A stretch of 43,595 nt of DNA, taken from assembly GCA_016926395.1 (NCBI GenBank), contig JAFGOT010000012.1, positions 1 to 43,595 on the forward strand, written 5' to 3'. Position 1 is the first letter of the stretch; every line of letters starts with the position of its first letter. The stretch comes from Candidatus Woesearchaeota archaeon (GTDB lineage: Archaea; Nanobdellota; Nanobdellia; Woesearchaeales; SKGA01). Below are positions 25,901-36,302 of the stretch, one piece after another. The notes under the pieces were generated by a model that did no database searches, had not been told where the DNA came from, and worked only from the letters and a program-made list of their open reading frames with translations. The translations under genes and the position numbers were made by a program.

Positions 25901-26185
25901 ATGGAAGGAGCGGATAATTCTATTTTTGTAGGAACAAAACCATTCATGAACTACGTGACAGGCGTTGTTATTCAATTCACCACTAAAGATGCAAAAGAAG
26001 TTCTTGTTAAAGCAAGAGGAAAATTCATTTCCCGTGCTGTTGATGTTGCAGAAATCGCAGTTAAAAGATTTCTAAAAGATCAAATAAGAGTTCAAAGCAT
26101 CAATATTGATTCTGAAGAATTCGAGAATAAAGAAGGAAAAGACGTTCATGTCTCTACCATCGAAATTATTTTAGAGCGAATCTAA
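25901..26185 (+). CDS. albA: DNA/RNA-binding protein Alba
   Basis: IFVGTKPFMNYV, VKARGKFISRAVDVAE, VSTIEI. Confidence 0.95.
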   Translation: MEGADNSIFVGTKPFMNYVTGVVIQFTTKDAKEVLVKARGKFISRAVDVAEIAVKRFLKDQIRVQSINIDSEEFENKEGKDVHVSTIEIILERI

Positions 26186-26221
26186 AATTATTTTCTTTTT
26201 TCTTTTATTATAATTCTAAAG

Positions 26222-27097
26222 TTAATTAAAAATTATTACCTTAACAGAATCTTTTTTTGAAAGACCAATTCTTAATTCGTCGGTTTCATCAAGAGTATAA
26301 ACATGATCCTTGGAGTCAAAAGAAAGAATATATCCGGATCTTAAAGGTTTTAGAATAACCTCTTCATCACCATCAATAATCCCTGAAGTAAACTCTTGGT
26401 GACGTTGTATGTGAGTATCTCTAACTATAAAACCATAAATAGGAAGATCATTAGCAAAAGAAGTTCCACCAGCATTCTTATACCACGAAGTACTTCCCAT
26501 ACCGGTTGAAAAAACAATACCTGAACAACCCTTAAAAACTTCAATCTTCTTATCCCAATAAATTTCAAAACTAGAAGTCTTATAAGCTTCTAAAGCTCCA
26601 AAATAAATATCATTAGTTGCTAGATTTGGAAGTTCTTTACCATTAATTTTAGCATACAAACGTTTCCAAGTTTCAATAATATAATCATTATTTTTCAGTC
26701 TGAGAAGAGATTCTTTAAGATTGTTTTCTGTCGCACTTGTTAAAGCACCAATACTTCCGGCAGCAGGATCCAAATCAGCATCGGAATTAATTCCAAAAAG
26801 AAGACTCTTCTTAAAATATTGAGCAGCATTTAGAAAAGTTCCATCTCCACCAAGAGTTATTATTAAATCAAAATCATCATCAGAATAATTTTCCATATTA
26901 GAATCTGAAGTATAAGTGATAGGAAAATCTAATTCTTTACTTAAATCTTTAAACTTTTTCTCAAGACGTTTTTGTTTTTGATGAGAAACCTCAAGAGCAG
27001 TCCTTCTTTTTTCGTCAAATCGTTTGAAAACATCTTTTTTAGATTCATAGTGTTCATAGCTAGTTGTTTTGATTACACATAATATTTTTTCAAACAT
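26222..27097 (-). CDS. nadK: NAD(+) kinase family protein
   Basis: LGGDGTFL, ND short motif, STGMGSTSW. Confidence 0.85.
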   Translation of the reverse strand: MFEKILCVIKTTSYEHYESKKDVFKRFDEKRRTALEVSHQKQKRLEKKFKDLSKELDFPITYTSDSNMENYSDDDFDLIITLGGDGTFLNAAQYFKKSLLFGINSDADLDPAAGSIGALTSATENNLKESLLRLKNNDYIIETWKRLYAKINGKELPNLATNDIYFGALEAYKTSSFEIYWDKKIEVFKGCSGIVFSTGMGSTSWYKNAGGTSFANDLPIYGFIVRDTHIQRHQEFTSGIIDGDEEVILKPLRSGYILSFDSKDHVYTLDETDELRIGLSKKDSVKVIIFN

Positions 27098-27197
27098 AAT
27101 TCCACATCAAGTTCATTTTCAATACGTTAATGGTGATAAATAAATCACTAGCCATTTATAATAGTAAGGGAAAAGTGAGTATTTAGATTAATATTAA

Positions 27198-27407
27198 TCA
27201 CGCGAGAATTCGCTTCTTTTTAGAAGATGATTTGTTTAATTCTTTTCGTATTGCTTTTACCTCAGAAATTAATTCAGCCATTTGATCATTAACTTTTGAT
27301 TGTTTCCAATTAAGATATAAAACATAAATTTGAAATGCAAATGCAACAACATAAATTATAACCATCAAAACAAAACTTCCTTGAATTAATTCTGGAGTTA
27401 GAGCCAT
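27198..27407 (-). CDS. Small single-TM protein
   Basis: One hydrophobic helix and a basic tail; coupled to the upstream gene (TAATG). Confidence 0.65.
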   Translation of the reverse strand: MALTPELIQGSFVLMVIIYVVAFAFQIYVLYLNWKQSKVNDQMAELISEVKAIRKELNKSSSKKKRILA

Positions 27408-28420
27408 TAGTAATCACCATATTCCTCTGCATATATTTGAATAATAAGAAGAGTGTAAGAGATAAGCAAAGGACCAATAAATAAACCTAAAAGTCCAAAA
27501 AGAGGAAGACCAATAAAAACACCAACTATAGTTACAAGAGGATGAATCTCACCAACTTTTTTCTGAATTATAGGACGCAGGAAACTATCAGAAATGTAAG
27601 AGAATACTCCCCAGATAATAAGACCAAGACCAGCACCATAACGATGATAAGAAAATATTTGAATTAAAGCAGCAGGAATCCAAATTATTGGAACACCAAG
27701 AACAGGAAGAAAAGAAACAACCAAAGCAATAAATCCCCAGAATATAGGACTATTTAGACCAAAAATCCAAAAACCAATACCAATGAAAACTCCTTGGAAT
27801 AAAGCAATCAAGCCACTTGCAACAACAGTTGCATAAGTTATATCTTTAAATTTTTTTACAAGTTTATCAGAATTCTTTTTACTAAAAGGAATGTATGGAC
27901 GAATAGATTCTTGAAAAGTTTCTTTTTGAACAAGCAAGAAAAATAATGTAAAATAAAATATTACTAAGTTTAGGAATACCTGAATAACGTTACCTGCTAA
28001 ATTAAATAACATATTACTAATCATCGAACTAGTTTTAGTAACTAATTCGTTTATTGAATTAGATAAGTCAACAGGAATAGAATACATTTGAGTAATTGAA
28101 GTTACCTTACCAACCCCATCAATAAGGGGTTGAGGATTAGAAATAATCTCTGTTACCTCCCCAACTAACAAAGATGAACCAATGAATAAAGGAATAAGAA
28201 CAACAAGAGTCGCGACGACCATAATAACACTCGCACTCATGCTTTTTGACCAACTGAATCTTTCTTGCAATTTAACATTTAAATTTTTGAATAGGAAAAA
28301 TATTAGAAAAGCACCAAAAAAAGCGTTAAAGAAAGGTTTTAGAGTCCAAAGCAAAAACACGACTAAAAATACAAGAAGAGCTGTTGCAAAATAGAATTTA
28401 AACCTATCATTTTGGGCCAT
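27407..28420 (-). CDS. AI-2E family (PerM/UPF0118) transporter
   Basis: Multi-TM; SFLPVLG, DSFLRP, HPLVTIVGVFIGLPLFGLLGLFIGP. Confidence 0.9.
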   Translation of the reverse strand: MAQNDRFKFYFATALLVFLVVFLLWTLKPFFNAFFGAFLIFFLFKNLNVKLQERFSWSKSMSASVIMVVATLVVLIPLFIGSSLLVGEVTEIISNPQPLIDGVGKVTSITQMYSIPVDLSNSINELVTKTSSMISNMLFNLAGNVIQVFLNLVIFYFTLFFLLVQKETFQESIRPYIPFSKKNSDKLVKKFKDITYATVVASGLIALFQGVFIGIGFWIFGLNSPIFWGFIALVVSFLPVLGVPIIWIPAALIQIFSYHRYGAGLGLIIWGVFSYISDSFLRPIIQKKVGEIHPLVTIVGVFIGLPLFGLLGLFIGPLLISYTLLIIQIYAEEYGDY

Positions 28421-28452
28421 AAAACAATTTTAAGAAAAGAACTTTATAAAGA

Positions 28453-29454
28453 TTACGAAGAAGAAACATTCATTTTAGGGTAAGTTCCAGGAGGCATAAA
28501 TACTTGAGTAGATTTAACAGCAACACCTTTCTTTAATGTAATCATGTCTTTTGAAATCATCAAAGCTTCACCAACACAAATTAGTTCTCCTTTTAGAGTA
28601 AGAATTGTAACTGGTTCTCCAACTTGAATATCAGACTCAACGTGAATAATACCCGGAACTTTAAGAGTAGCCCCATGAGAAATAGTGTCAACTGCCGCAT
28701 CAGAAACCCATACCTTCGGAAGATGATTTGTTGCAACTTCAACAGGTTTTACATATTCTCTAAGTTTGGTTTCATCACCAACAGTTTTGTAGTAATGAAA
28801 TGCATCAGTTAAGTCTTGCAGAGTAACAAGAGAAGTTGATTCATTAAAAGGTCCTGCTTTCGTACGTCTTAGCTCAGCCATATGAGCACCACTGTTTAGA
28901 GCAACACCGATGTCATGACAGAGTTTTCTAATATAAGTTCCTGCTTGACAACCAACAGTAAATAATACGTCTTGACCTTTAATTTCTAAAATATCAATAT
29001 AGTAAACTTTTCTATAACGAAATTGCCGTTTAACAGCGGATTTTACAGGAGGAAGTTGTTTAATTTTACCAACAAATTGATTTAGCATAACATCTCTAAT
29101 TTTTTCTTCAGGAAATTCATCATGAACGTGCATTAAGCAAACATACTCTTTTCCAGCAGTAAGAAGAGATTGAACAACACGAGTTCCTCTACCAATTGCG
29201 ACAGGAAGAACACCAGTTACTTTAGGATCTAAAGTTCCTGAATGACCAGACTTATCTATACCAAGAATTTTCTGAACATAAGCTGAAACTTGATGACTTG
29301 TAGGGCCAGAAGGTTTGTCAATGTTTACAACGCCAAAATCTAATAACTCACTAATTGGACGTTTGAAGGGATCACAACCATACTTATCAGAAGTAGAAGC
29401 TTCTTGTTTAGTCAATTTTGTTCGCACAATTCGCTCAAAAGGTAAGTCTCCCAT
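28453..29454 (-). CDS. cbf5: tRNA/rRNA pseudouridine synthase Cbf5 (archaeal TruB) with a PUA domain
   Basis: IDKPSGPTSHQV, GHSGTLDPKVTGVL, GTYIRKLCHDIG. Confidence 0.96.
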   Translation of the reverse strand: MGDLPFERIVRTKLTKQEASTSDKYGCDPFKRPISELLDFGVVNIDKPSGPTSHQVSAYVQKILGIDKSGHSGTLDPKVTGVLPVAIGRGTRVVQSLLTAGKEYVCLMHVHDEFPEEKIRDVMLNQFVGKIKQLPPVKSAVKRQFRYRKVYYIDILEIKGQDVLFTVGCQAGTYIRKLCHDIGVALNSGAHMAELRRTKAGPFNESTSLVTLQDLTDAFHYYKTVGDETKLREYVKPVEVATNHLPKVWVSDAAVDTISHGATLKVPGIIHVESDIQVGEPVTILTLKGELICVGEALMISKDMITLKKGVAVKSTQVFMPPGTYPKMNVSSS

Positions 29455-29496
29455 AGAAAGTAAAAATGAACAACCCTTTTTAAATGTTTTATTTAA

Positions 29497-30204
29497 TTAA
29501 GGTTTAATTGCAATTGTGCTTGGAGCCCTCCGCCCCACGCTTGGGCCGTCTTTAACACTAAATCCAGCAGACCTTAAATTATCACGAACAATCCTAGCAC
29601 AAGAATAAGTTGAAAGAAAACCTCCAGGCATTAACACATTAAAAACAGATGAAAAAAATTCAACACTCCAAAGATGAGGATTCTTTTGAGGAGAGAAAGG
29701 ATCAAAGAAAACAACATCTAGCGTATCATCAGCCAATCTGGGCAGACAAGTTAGAACATCACCAACATAAAGAGTTATCGTTAATGTATCATTTGAAAAA
29801 ACATGGATATTAAAATCCCCATTTTCTTCAACTAAAGAATCTTTAGAAACTAATTTTGAAATTGCATCATGAGCAAAAGAGTAGGAATTATCTAGAGCTA
29901 GTTTTGGAATCTCATCTAAAATAGCATAATCATTTTCAAAAGCAAATATTTGAATGTGACAATCAGGATTTACTTTTTTTATTTCAGTTATAGCAACAAG
30001 AGAATTGTAACCAAGACCAAAACAAACATCTCCAATAACAACATCAGAAGTTTCTTTTGAGATTTCAACTATACCTGTAGGAATAACATGTTTTCTTAGA
30101 GCTTCATCAAGAGCACCTGATTTAGAGTGGTATGTTTCATCAACAGAATCATTATGAAAAGTAACCGAACCATCATCAGTAATAACTTTTGAAATTTTAG
30201 CCAT
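29497..30204 (-). CDS. Stand-alone MnmC-type (MnmD-like) SAM-dependent tRNA methyltransferase
   Basis: DDGSVT...ETYHS, CFGLGYN, FFDPFSPQKNPHLW, STYS. Confidence 0.85.
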   Translation of the reverse strand: MAKISKVITDDGSVTFHNDSVDETYHSKSGALDEALRKHVIPTGIVEISKETSDVVIGDVCFGLGYNSLVAITEIKKVNPDCHIQIFAFENDYAILDEIPKLALDNSYSFAHDAISKLVSKDSLVEENGDFNIHVFSNDTLTITLYVGDVLTCLPRLADDTLDVVFFDPFSPQKNPHLWSVEFFSSVFNVLMPGGFLSTYSCARIVRDNLRSAGFSVKDGPSVGRRAPSTIAIKP

Positions 30205-30243
30205 AAGGATTAAAAGAAATAAGAAGAATATAAAATTAATCAT

Positions 30244-30822
30244 TTAGTTTATCAAATGCATAAAAATTTCTGAAACAATATAAGAAACGCAAGCAAGTAA
30301 TAAGAAGAAGGCATACGAAGCAAAAAGACGTGAAAGTATTTCATCATGAGTGTGGTGTCGACCTCTATGTTTATGATGAGCAACATGTAAAGAAGAATCT
30401 TTCTTAGTACTTTTCTTGGATCCTTTTTTGGTAGAAGGAATCGTATGAAGAACATAGAAAAGTGCTCCAGAAAATACTCCAAAGGCAAATAATATCAAAG
30501 TAACATAATAATGGGCCACAGCAACTAAAGAAGTTAAAGGAAACAAAACAGCAAACACAGAATAATCAAGTATGTTTACATTTTGCCTGTGCCAAAACAA
30601 TCTAAAAAAAGCAAATGTAAGAATAAGCAATGCAGAAACTATAAAGAATGGAAAATAAGAATAAAGAACAAAAAACAATAAGACCAGAGAAATCATTTGA
30701 ACTAAAGGAAAATACTTCTTAATAGTATGAACTTCTTCAGGTGCCGAATTAGCTAAATAGGATCCAACTACAACTCCTGAAAGTGCAATCAAAGCAGATA
30801 AAGTATAAGTAATAAAGTCCAT
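30244..30822 (-). CDS. Membrane protein
   Basis: Five to six hydrophobic segments and a His/Lys-rich loop. Confidence 0.7.
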   Translation of the reverse strand: MDFITYTLSALIALSGVVVGSYLANSAPEEVHTIKKYFPLVQMISLVLLFFVLYSYFPFFIVSALLILTFAFFRLFWHRQNVNILDYSVFAVLFPLTSLVAVAHYYVTLILFAFGVFSGALFYVLHTIPSTKKGSKKSTKKDSSLHVAHHKHRGRHHTHDEILSRLFASYAFFLLLACVSYIVSEIFMHLIN

Positions 30823-30831
30823 CTATTAACC

Positions 30832-31329
30832 TCAAGTAAATTGATGATTACATGCAATGTTTTCACTCAATTCGAATTCAGGACTTCCAACACCAGCGTA
30901 TTGATTACCAGTACCATCATCGAAAGGTACAATTCTTTCTACACCATTTTCATCAACTACAACCATGTAGACACAAAAATCCCCTTGTATTCCCATATCA
31001 GAACGAATAGATTCATAACTAAAGTCAGGCAATTCTTGTAATTTTTCTTCAATAATATTACCTTGTTCAATAAAACAGTAAGGACTAGATTCTGCTGCAT
31101 CACAAACTAATTTTGTACTAACAGCTTTTGCGTAGTCTTGTTGTTCTTGCGCCCCCGTATTAGTATTTCTGTTTGCAAGGAATGCATAGAAAACTGCAAC
31201 TACAACGATGAAAAGAATAACTGCAATGACCAAGTCAAAAGACCAGGTCTGACCTCTTTTTTTTAACACGAATATAACACCTAACATGTTTTTAAGCAAA
31301 GTTGTTTTTAAACATTGCGAAAATAACAC
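30832..31329 (-). CDS. Class III signal peptide (pilin-like) protein; true start probably near 31287-31269
   Basis: KKRG|QTWSFDLVIAVILFIVVVAVF. Confidence 0.75.
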   Translation of the reverse strand: MLFSQCLKTTLLKNMLGVIFVLKKRGQTWSFDLVIAVILFIVVVAVFYAFLANRNTNTGAQEQQDYAKAVSTKLVCDAAESSPYCFIEQGNIIEEKLQELPDFSYESIRSDMGIQGDFCVYMVVVDENGVERIVPFDDGTGNQYAGVGSPEFELSENIACNHQFT

Positions 31330-31557
31330 GCAATAAAATCACAATAAAAAAATAAAAATAACAAACAAAAAAAGAATTTTAGAAAACTACGAAAGAATGA
31401 TTAAATCAAAAAGTCACGAATTTATTTATAATAATTTAGCAACCTTTATAAATAAAAACCCTTAAAAAAGCAAAAGTTTATAAATAAGTTCTCACCTGGT
31501 TGTTTATATATTATAGAACGCACGTTGGCGCGCTTCTACAAGAGGGGGGAAGAAGAT

Positions 31558-32484
31558 ATGCCATCTTTTATCAAACGTTGTCCAGAATGTGGTAGTTTGG
31601 ATCTTTCTTATAACAAAGAAAAAGGAGAAATCACTTGCCGGAATTGTGGACTTGTAATCGAAGAAAAAATGGTCGATTTCGACCAAGAATGGAGAGAATT
31701 TGATAGCGAAGCTGCTGCTCGAAAAAGACGAACAGGAGCTCCAATGACTTACACTCAATTTGATCAAGGTTTAGGTACTGACGTTGGTCGTAAGGCAGAC
31801 CTATACAAATTCGGTGGAAAAACTAAAAATAAATTCTTTAGGCTACGAAAATGGCAACAAAGAATTTCAACAGCTATTGAAAGAAACCTAAAATTAGCAC
31901 TTTCTGAATTAAAAAGAGTATCAAGTTACTTAAGACTACCAGGTTCTGTTGAAGAAGAAGCTAGTAGAATTTATACACTGGCAGTTCAAAAAGGATTGGT
32001 TCGTGGACGAAGTATGGAAAGCGTTGTTGCAGGAGCACTATATGCTGCTTGTCGACGACACGATGTTCCAAGAACACTTGACGAATTGTCTGAAGCTAGT
32101 GGAATTGAGAAAAAAGAAATTGGTCGAACATACCGTTTCATAACTCGAGAACTAGGAATCAAAATCCTACCAAGTAATCCAGCCGATTATATTGCAAGAT
32201 TTGCAAGCGCATTAAAGCTAAGTGCAGAAACACAAAGTAAAAGCGTAGAAATAATTGAGCAAGCACAATCAGTAGAGTTAACAAGTGGCCGTGGTCCAAC
32301 AGGAATCGCAGCAGCAGCACTTTACGTAGCAGCTTTGATTAATGGTGAAAAACGAACACAAAGAGAAGTAGCAGATGTTGCAGGCGTAACAGAAGTTACA
32401 ATCAGAAATCGTTACAAAGAACTTCTTGAAAAACTTGAACTTGAAAAAGAAATTAAGAAGATCAAAAAAAAGAAACGTGATTAG
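31558..32484 (+). CDS. tfb: Transcription initiation factor IIB
   Basis: Zn ribbon CPECGS...CRNCG, QEWREF, two cyclin repeats (GRSMESVVAGALYAACR; GVTEVTIRNRYKEL); GGAGG-like purine run upstream of ATG 31558. Confidence 0.97.
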   Translation: MPSFIKRCPECGSLDLSYNKEKGEITCRNCGLVIEEKMVDFDQEWREFDSEAAARKRRTGAPMTYTQFDQGLGTDVGRKADLYKFGGKTKNKFFRLRKWQQRISTAIERNLKLALSELKRVSSYLRLPGSVEEEASRIYTLAVQKGLVRGRSMESVVAGALYAACRRHDVPRTLDELSEASGIEKKEIGRTYRFITRELGIKILPSNPADYIARFASALKLSAETQSKSVEIIEQAQSVELTSGRGPTGIAAAALYVAALINGEKRTQREVADVAGVTEVTIRNRYKELLEKLELEKEIKKIKKKKRD

Positions 32485-32620
32485 TTTCTTTTAATTTTTC
32501 ATTTTGTTTTTCTAATTCTAAATAACTAACACTTCAAAATATATATTTGAACTCTCAAAAAGATTTATAATCTAAATTAAGATTCTATCAAATTACAGAA
32601 ATTTAAGCGATAGTGAAATA

Positions 32621-32953
32621 ATGTTTAATGGATATAAATCAAGAGTTAGCTATCAAGGACCGCATTACCTTGATGAACTGGTGGAAGCTGCAAACAAAGG
32701 AGATTTCCAAGGAGATGTTGATGACCTAAGAATTAGCGCCGACAGTCCATACGTAGTTAACAGCAGTGGCCTTAACACGTGTTATAGTGCAATAATTGGT
32801 GCAGTAAATCAGATCAGTGGTCAAGTAACTCTTGTCGATGAATCATACTTAACAATAACAGATATTGATGGACAACTAAAAGAAGAATATCCAGAATTAT
32901 TTCCTGATTCTCAAAAAATACAAGACAATAAATTTATAAAAAAAGAATTCTAA
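32621..32953 (+). CDS. Hypothetical protein
   Basis: 110-aa acidic ORF. Confidence 0.6.
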   Translation: MFNGYKSRVSYQGPHYLDELVEAANKGDFQGDVDDLRISADSPYVVNSSGLNTCYSAIIGAVNQISGQVTLVDESYLTITDIDGQLKEEYPELFPDSQKIQDNKFIKKEF

Positions 32954-32963
32954 GTTTAAACCA

Positions 32964-33950
32964 ATGTCAGCGATTTTAGCTCTTGGAATAATAATCTTTT
33001 GCAGCATCATAATATGGAAAGTTGGAGATAGATTTGCAAGTGCATCATCAAACATAGGAGATTATCTAAAACTACCAAGAAGCGTAAAAGGAGCAACATT
33101 TGATGCAATAGCAAGTTCTTTTCCAGAATTAATGGTGGCTGTTTTCTCAGTAATTTCATTTCATCAATTTGAAGTTGGAATTGGAACAATAGCAGGAAGC
33201 GCTTTGTTTAATTTATTAGTAATTCCAGGAATAGCAGTACTAGTTGCACCTAAAGCGTTCAAAGTAAGTCAAGAAATATTTAATCGAGATGCATTATTTT
33301 ATCTTATTGCAGTGTTTGCATTAGTAACAGCATTAGTATCAACAAAAATGTGGGGCCTTTCAATTCCATTAATATTTATTTTAATATACATCTGGTATCT
33401 AAAGGACATAATTAAAGATACTAAAGCACACAGAAATAAAAAACAAATCAAAACAATTGAAGAAAAAATAAGCAAAGAAATCCACCTAGGTAAAAACATA
33501 ATAGTAGCAATAGTAACGATGATAATTATGGGCTTTGCAACTTATTTCTTAACCGAACAAGCAATTGTTTTTTCACAAGCAGTGGGAATCCATCCAATAA
33601 TAATATCCTTTACAATAATTGCAGCAGCAACATCCATACCCGATACAGTGGTAAGTGTTGTTAATGCAAGAAAAGGCGACATTGATGATGCAACGAGCAA
33701 CGTGTTTGGATCAAATATATTTGATATTTTAGTTGGACTTTCAATCCCGCTACTAATTGCTTATTTTTACAGCGGACCAATCAGAATTGATTTTGCACAC
33801 ATGGAAATAATTTTTGGATTATTTGGAGCAACAATAATATCACTTTATTTCTTAAGAAATTATTTACTTGAGAAAAGAGACGGAATAGTTCTTCTTTTAA
33901 TGTATTTGTTATTTATTGTTTATGTGGTCGGATTAACACTCATACCTTAA
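32964..33950 (+). CDS. Na+/Ca2+ (CaCA family) antiporter
   Basis: Alpha repeats ASSFPE...GSALFN and ATSIPD...GSNIFD. Confidence 0.92.
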   Translation: MSAILALGIIIFCSIIIWKVGDRFASASSNIGDYLKLPRSVKGATFDAIASSFPELMVAVFSVISFHQFEVGIGTIAGSALFNLLVIPGIAVLVAPKAFKVSQEIFNRDALFYLIAVFALVTALVSTKMWGLSIPLIFILIYIWYLKDIIKDTKAHRNKKQIKTIEEKISKEIHLGKNIIVAIVTMIIMGFATYFLTEQAIVFSQAVGIHPIIISFTIIAAATSIPDTVVSVVNARKGDIDDATSNVFGSNIFDILVGLSIPLLIAYFYSGPIRIDFAHMEIIFGLFGATIISLYFLRNYLLEKRDGIVLLLMYLLFIVYVVGLTLIP

Positions 33951-34588
33951 ATATACGAAATAATATCTATAACTTCTTTATTCTTAGAATAAGATTGAAT
34001 AATATTCTTGAACTTATCAACATCTAGTAAAATGTTTTTTTCTTGAAGAATTGGAAGAATATTTCCACCTGTTAAATATTGTGCAAACTGAGTGATGTTT
34101 TGAGGCTTAGGATTAAATCTAGCACGTTCAAAATCAATCATAACAGGAATTAAATCTTTTTTTACAATGATATGTTTGTAAGGATTTGTCATCTCAGACT
34201 TATTTATTCCTGCTTTGTCAAGAGAAAATAATTGATGAAACAAAACCGATAACATTCCAAGAGTTTCTTCTTTAGTTGAATTTAGCAGCCACTCATCAAT
34301 ACGCAACCCTTCGATGTATTCCATAACAACAAAATGTTCGCTAAACTCAATAATTTTTGGACCAACACCTAATTTATTAACCTCTCCAAGATATTTGGCT
34401 TCCATAAGAATTGCATTTCTAGCTTTAGATTCAGGTCGACATAATTTTATTGCAACATCCAAGTCATTTTTTTTAGCTTTAAGAACAATCCCTCGTTTCC
34501 CAAAAGAAAGAACAGAAACTTCTTGATAAGAGTCAGGCAATAACTTAGTGTAAGAATTAATATCAATACTTTCTTTGTATTCAGTCAT
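33947..34588 (-). CDS. Archaeal Ser/Thr protein kinase-like protein
   Basis: FGKRGIV, VAIK, MEYIEG, MIDFE. Confidence 0.8.
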   Translation of the reverse strand: MTEYKESIDINSYTKLLPDSYQEVSVLSFGKRGIVLKAKKNDLDVAIKLCRPESKARNAILMEAKYLGEVNKLGVGPKIIEFSEHFVVMEYIEGLRIDEWLLNSTKEETLGMLSVLFHQLFSLDKAGINKSEMTNPYKHIIVKKDLIPVMIDFERARFNPKPQNITQFAQYLTGGNILPILQEKNILLDVDKFKNIIQSYSKNKEVIDIISYI

Positions 34589-35166
34589 CGTCGCACCACT
34601 CTATAAACTAGAAGTTCTTCGAAGAAAAGTTTTTTTCTACCAACAATTTTGTAATCGAGATTAAGTTTGTAAAGCTGCGCTTCAACGATATCAGGATGAG
34701 TGAGAGAACTAATAAGAAAAATAAGAGTTCCATTATCTGCTAAATAATCCAAAACATCATCAAGAAATCTTAAAGTAACTTCATAACCACTTGGGCCACC
34801 ATGCAAAGCTAAATCATGAAAATCTTCATCATCTGGAAGATAAGGCGTATTAAAGGTAATTAAATCAAATTTTTTTACAGGAACTTTTTCAAACAAATTG
34901 GACTGGATAACTAAAGCGTTTTTTTTCTTAGAAAATTTATTATTCATAAAATCAATAGCAACAGGATTAACATCGACAAAAGTGACGTTTAAACCTTTTT
35001 TAAGAGCACTTTCTCCAATAACCCCACTACCAGCACCCATATCTAAAATGTTTAATGTGGAGAGTTTAACCCTTGTTTTCTTCAAAGCTTGTATTTCAGT
35101 TTCTAAAGCCTCAACTAGCAAAAAACTATCATCATCAGGCTCATAAAGAGGGTATTCGTTAATCAT
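34585..35166 (-). CDS. HemK2/PrmC-like N5-glutamine methyltransferase
   Basis: YEPDDDSFLL, LDMGAGSG, FNTPYLP, GGPSG, FFEEL. Confidence 0.88.
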   Translation of the reverse strand: MINEYPLYEPDDDSFLLVEALETEIQALKKTRVKLSTLNILDMGAGSGVIGESALKKGLNVTFVDVNPVAIDFMNNKFSKKKNALVIQSNLFEKVPVKKFDLITFNTPYLPDDEDFHDLALHGGPSGYEVTLRFLDDVLDYLADNGTLIFLISSLTHPDIVEAQLYKLNLDYKIVGRKKLFFEELLVYRVVRR

Positions 35167-35273
35167 AAAGAAATAAAATCCTCGAAAATTAATAAATTTA
35201 TGGGACATTTAGGGAGTTTTAAGCAAAGTATTTGCAAAATTCCGACTAAATAAAAAGAAATGAAAATAAAAAC

Positions 35274-35801
35274 TTATCGACCGGTTGCGTTAACAGTCAC
35301 TAAATTCAAACTATCCTCGCCAGCATCCACATTCACATTAAAAGTAGAGCCATCAAGAGAGAATGAAAGGTTATCACAATGAACATTCGAATCATTAATA
35401 ACACAAGCACCTTCGAAAGTGTCTGCAACATTAACAGCACTTAATGCAACTGAAAGAGCCAGAATCAAAAATAATTGAACCATTAGAACAATACTAGAGA
35501 TGACAATAGCTCCAATGCTTAAACCTTTACCAGTTTCATAATTAGCAGAGTCTTTAATACCTAAAATCCCAAATGTTAATCCTAAAACAGCCAGAATTAA
35601 ACCAAAGAACGGAAGCCAAATAAATAAGAATGAAAGTCCGCCTAAAATTATACCTGCAAGAGCAGTCGAAGGTATTTTTTTAGTAGTCGTTTTAGTTTTT
35701 GGAATAGGATTCTCATTTAGACTAATAGAATCTTTTGGTATGGATTTCTTAGCAGTCTTTTTAGTTGTTTTTTTTGTAGTTTTTTTAACCATGATTTTCA
35801 C
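35274..35801 (-). CDS. Membrane protein (DUF4190-like) with a Lys-rich N-terminus
   Basis: ALAGIILGGLSF...LGLTFGILG...GLSIGAIV two-helix pattern. Confidence 0.65.
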   Translation of the reverse strand: MKIMVKKTTKKTTKKTAKKSIPKDSISLNENPIPKTKTTTKKIPSTALAGIILGGLSFLFIWLPFFGLILAVLGLTFGILGIKDSANYETGKGLSIGAIVISSIVLMVQLFLILALSVALSAVNVADTFEGACVINDSNVHCDNLSFSLDGSTFNVNVDAGEDSLNLVTVNATGR

Positions 35802-35846
35802 CTAGTAATCAATATACAAAATAATATACTTTGAAGTATATAAATC

Positions 35847-36302
35847 TTATTTCATTCCAGTAGAGCCAAGCCCCCCAGATCTAGTCCCAATTGTTTTATC
35901 ATCATCAGCAAAAAGAACTTTCTGAAACCAACATTGAGCAATACGATCGCCTTTTTCAACAGCAAAATCCAAATTCCCATCATTAACTAAAACTAAAATA
36001 ATTTCGCCTTCATTACCCGAGTTATTGTAATAATCAGCATCAACCAAACCAACATTATTTGCCAAAGTTACTCGACGTTTAGCACCATTGCCACTTCGAG
36101 TAATTATATATAAACCTTCATCTGCTTGAAAATAAGATTTAATACCAGTTTGAATAGATATTTTTTCACCAGGTTTAATTATAAAACTTATAGGAGAAAA
36201 AAAATCGTACGCAGCAGCATTTTTCGTACCTCTAACAGGCAACTTATAATCAGAATTACCTTCAACCCTACTAACTAATTCAAATCCTCGTATCTTATCC
36301 AT
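35847..36302 (-). CDS. dut: Trimeric dUTPase
   Basis: AAAYDF, TRSG, GLVDADY, GDRIAQ, RSGGLGSTG. Confidence 0.93.
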   Translation of the reverse strand: MDKIRGFELVSRVEGNSDYKLPVRGTKNAAAYDFFSPISFIIKPGEKISIQTGIKSYFQADEGLYIITRSGNGAKRRVTLANNVGLVDADYYNNSGNEGEIILVLVNDGNLDFAVEKGDRIAQCWFQKVLFADDDKTIGTRSGGLGSTGMK

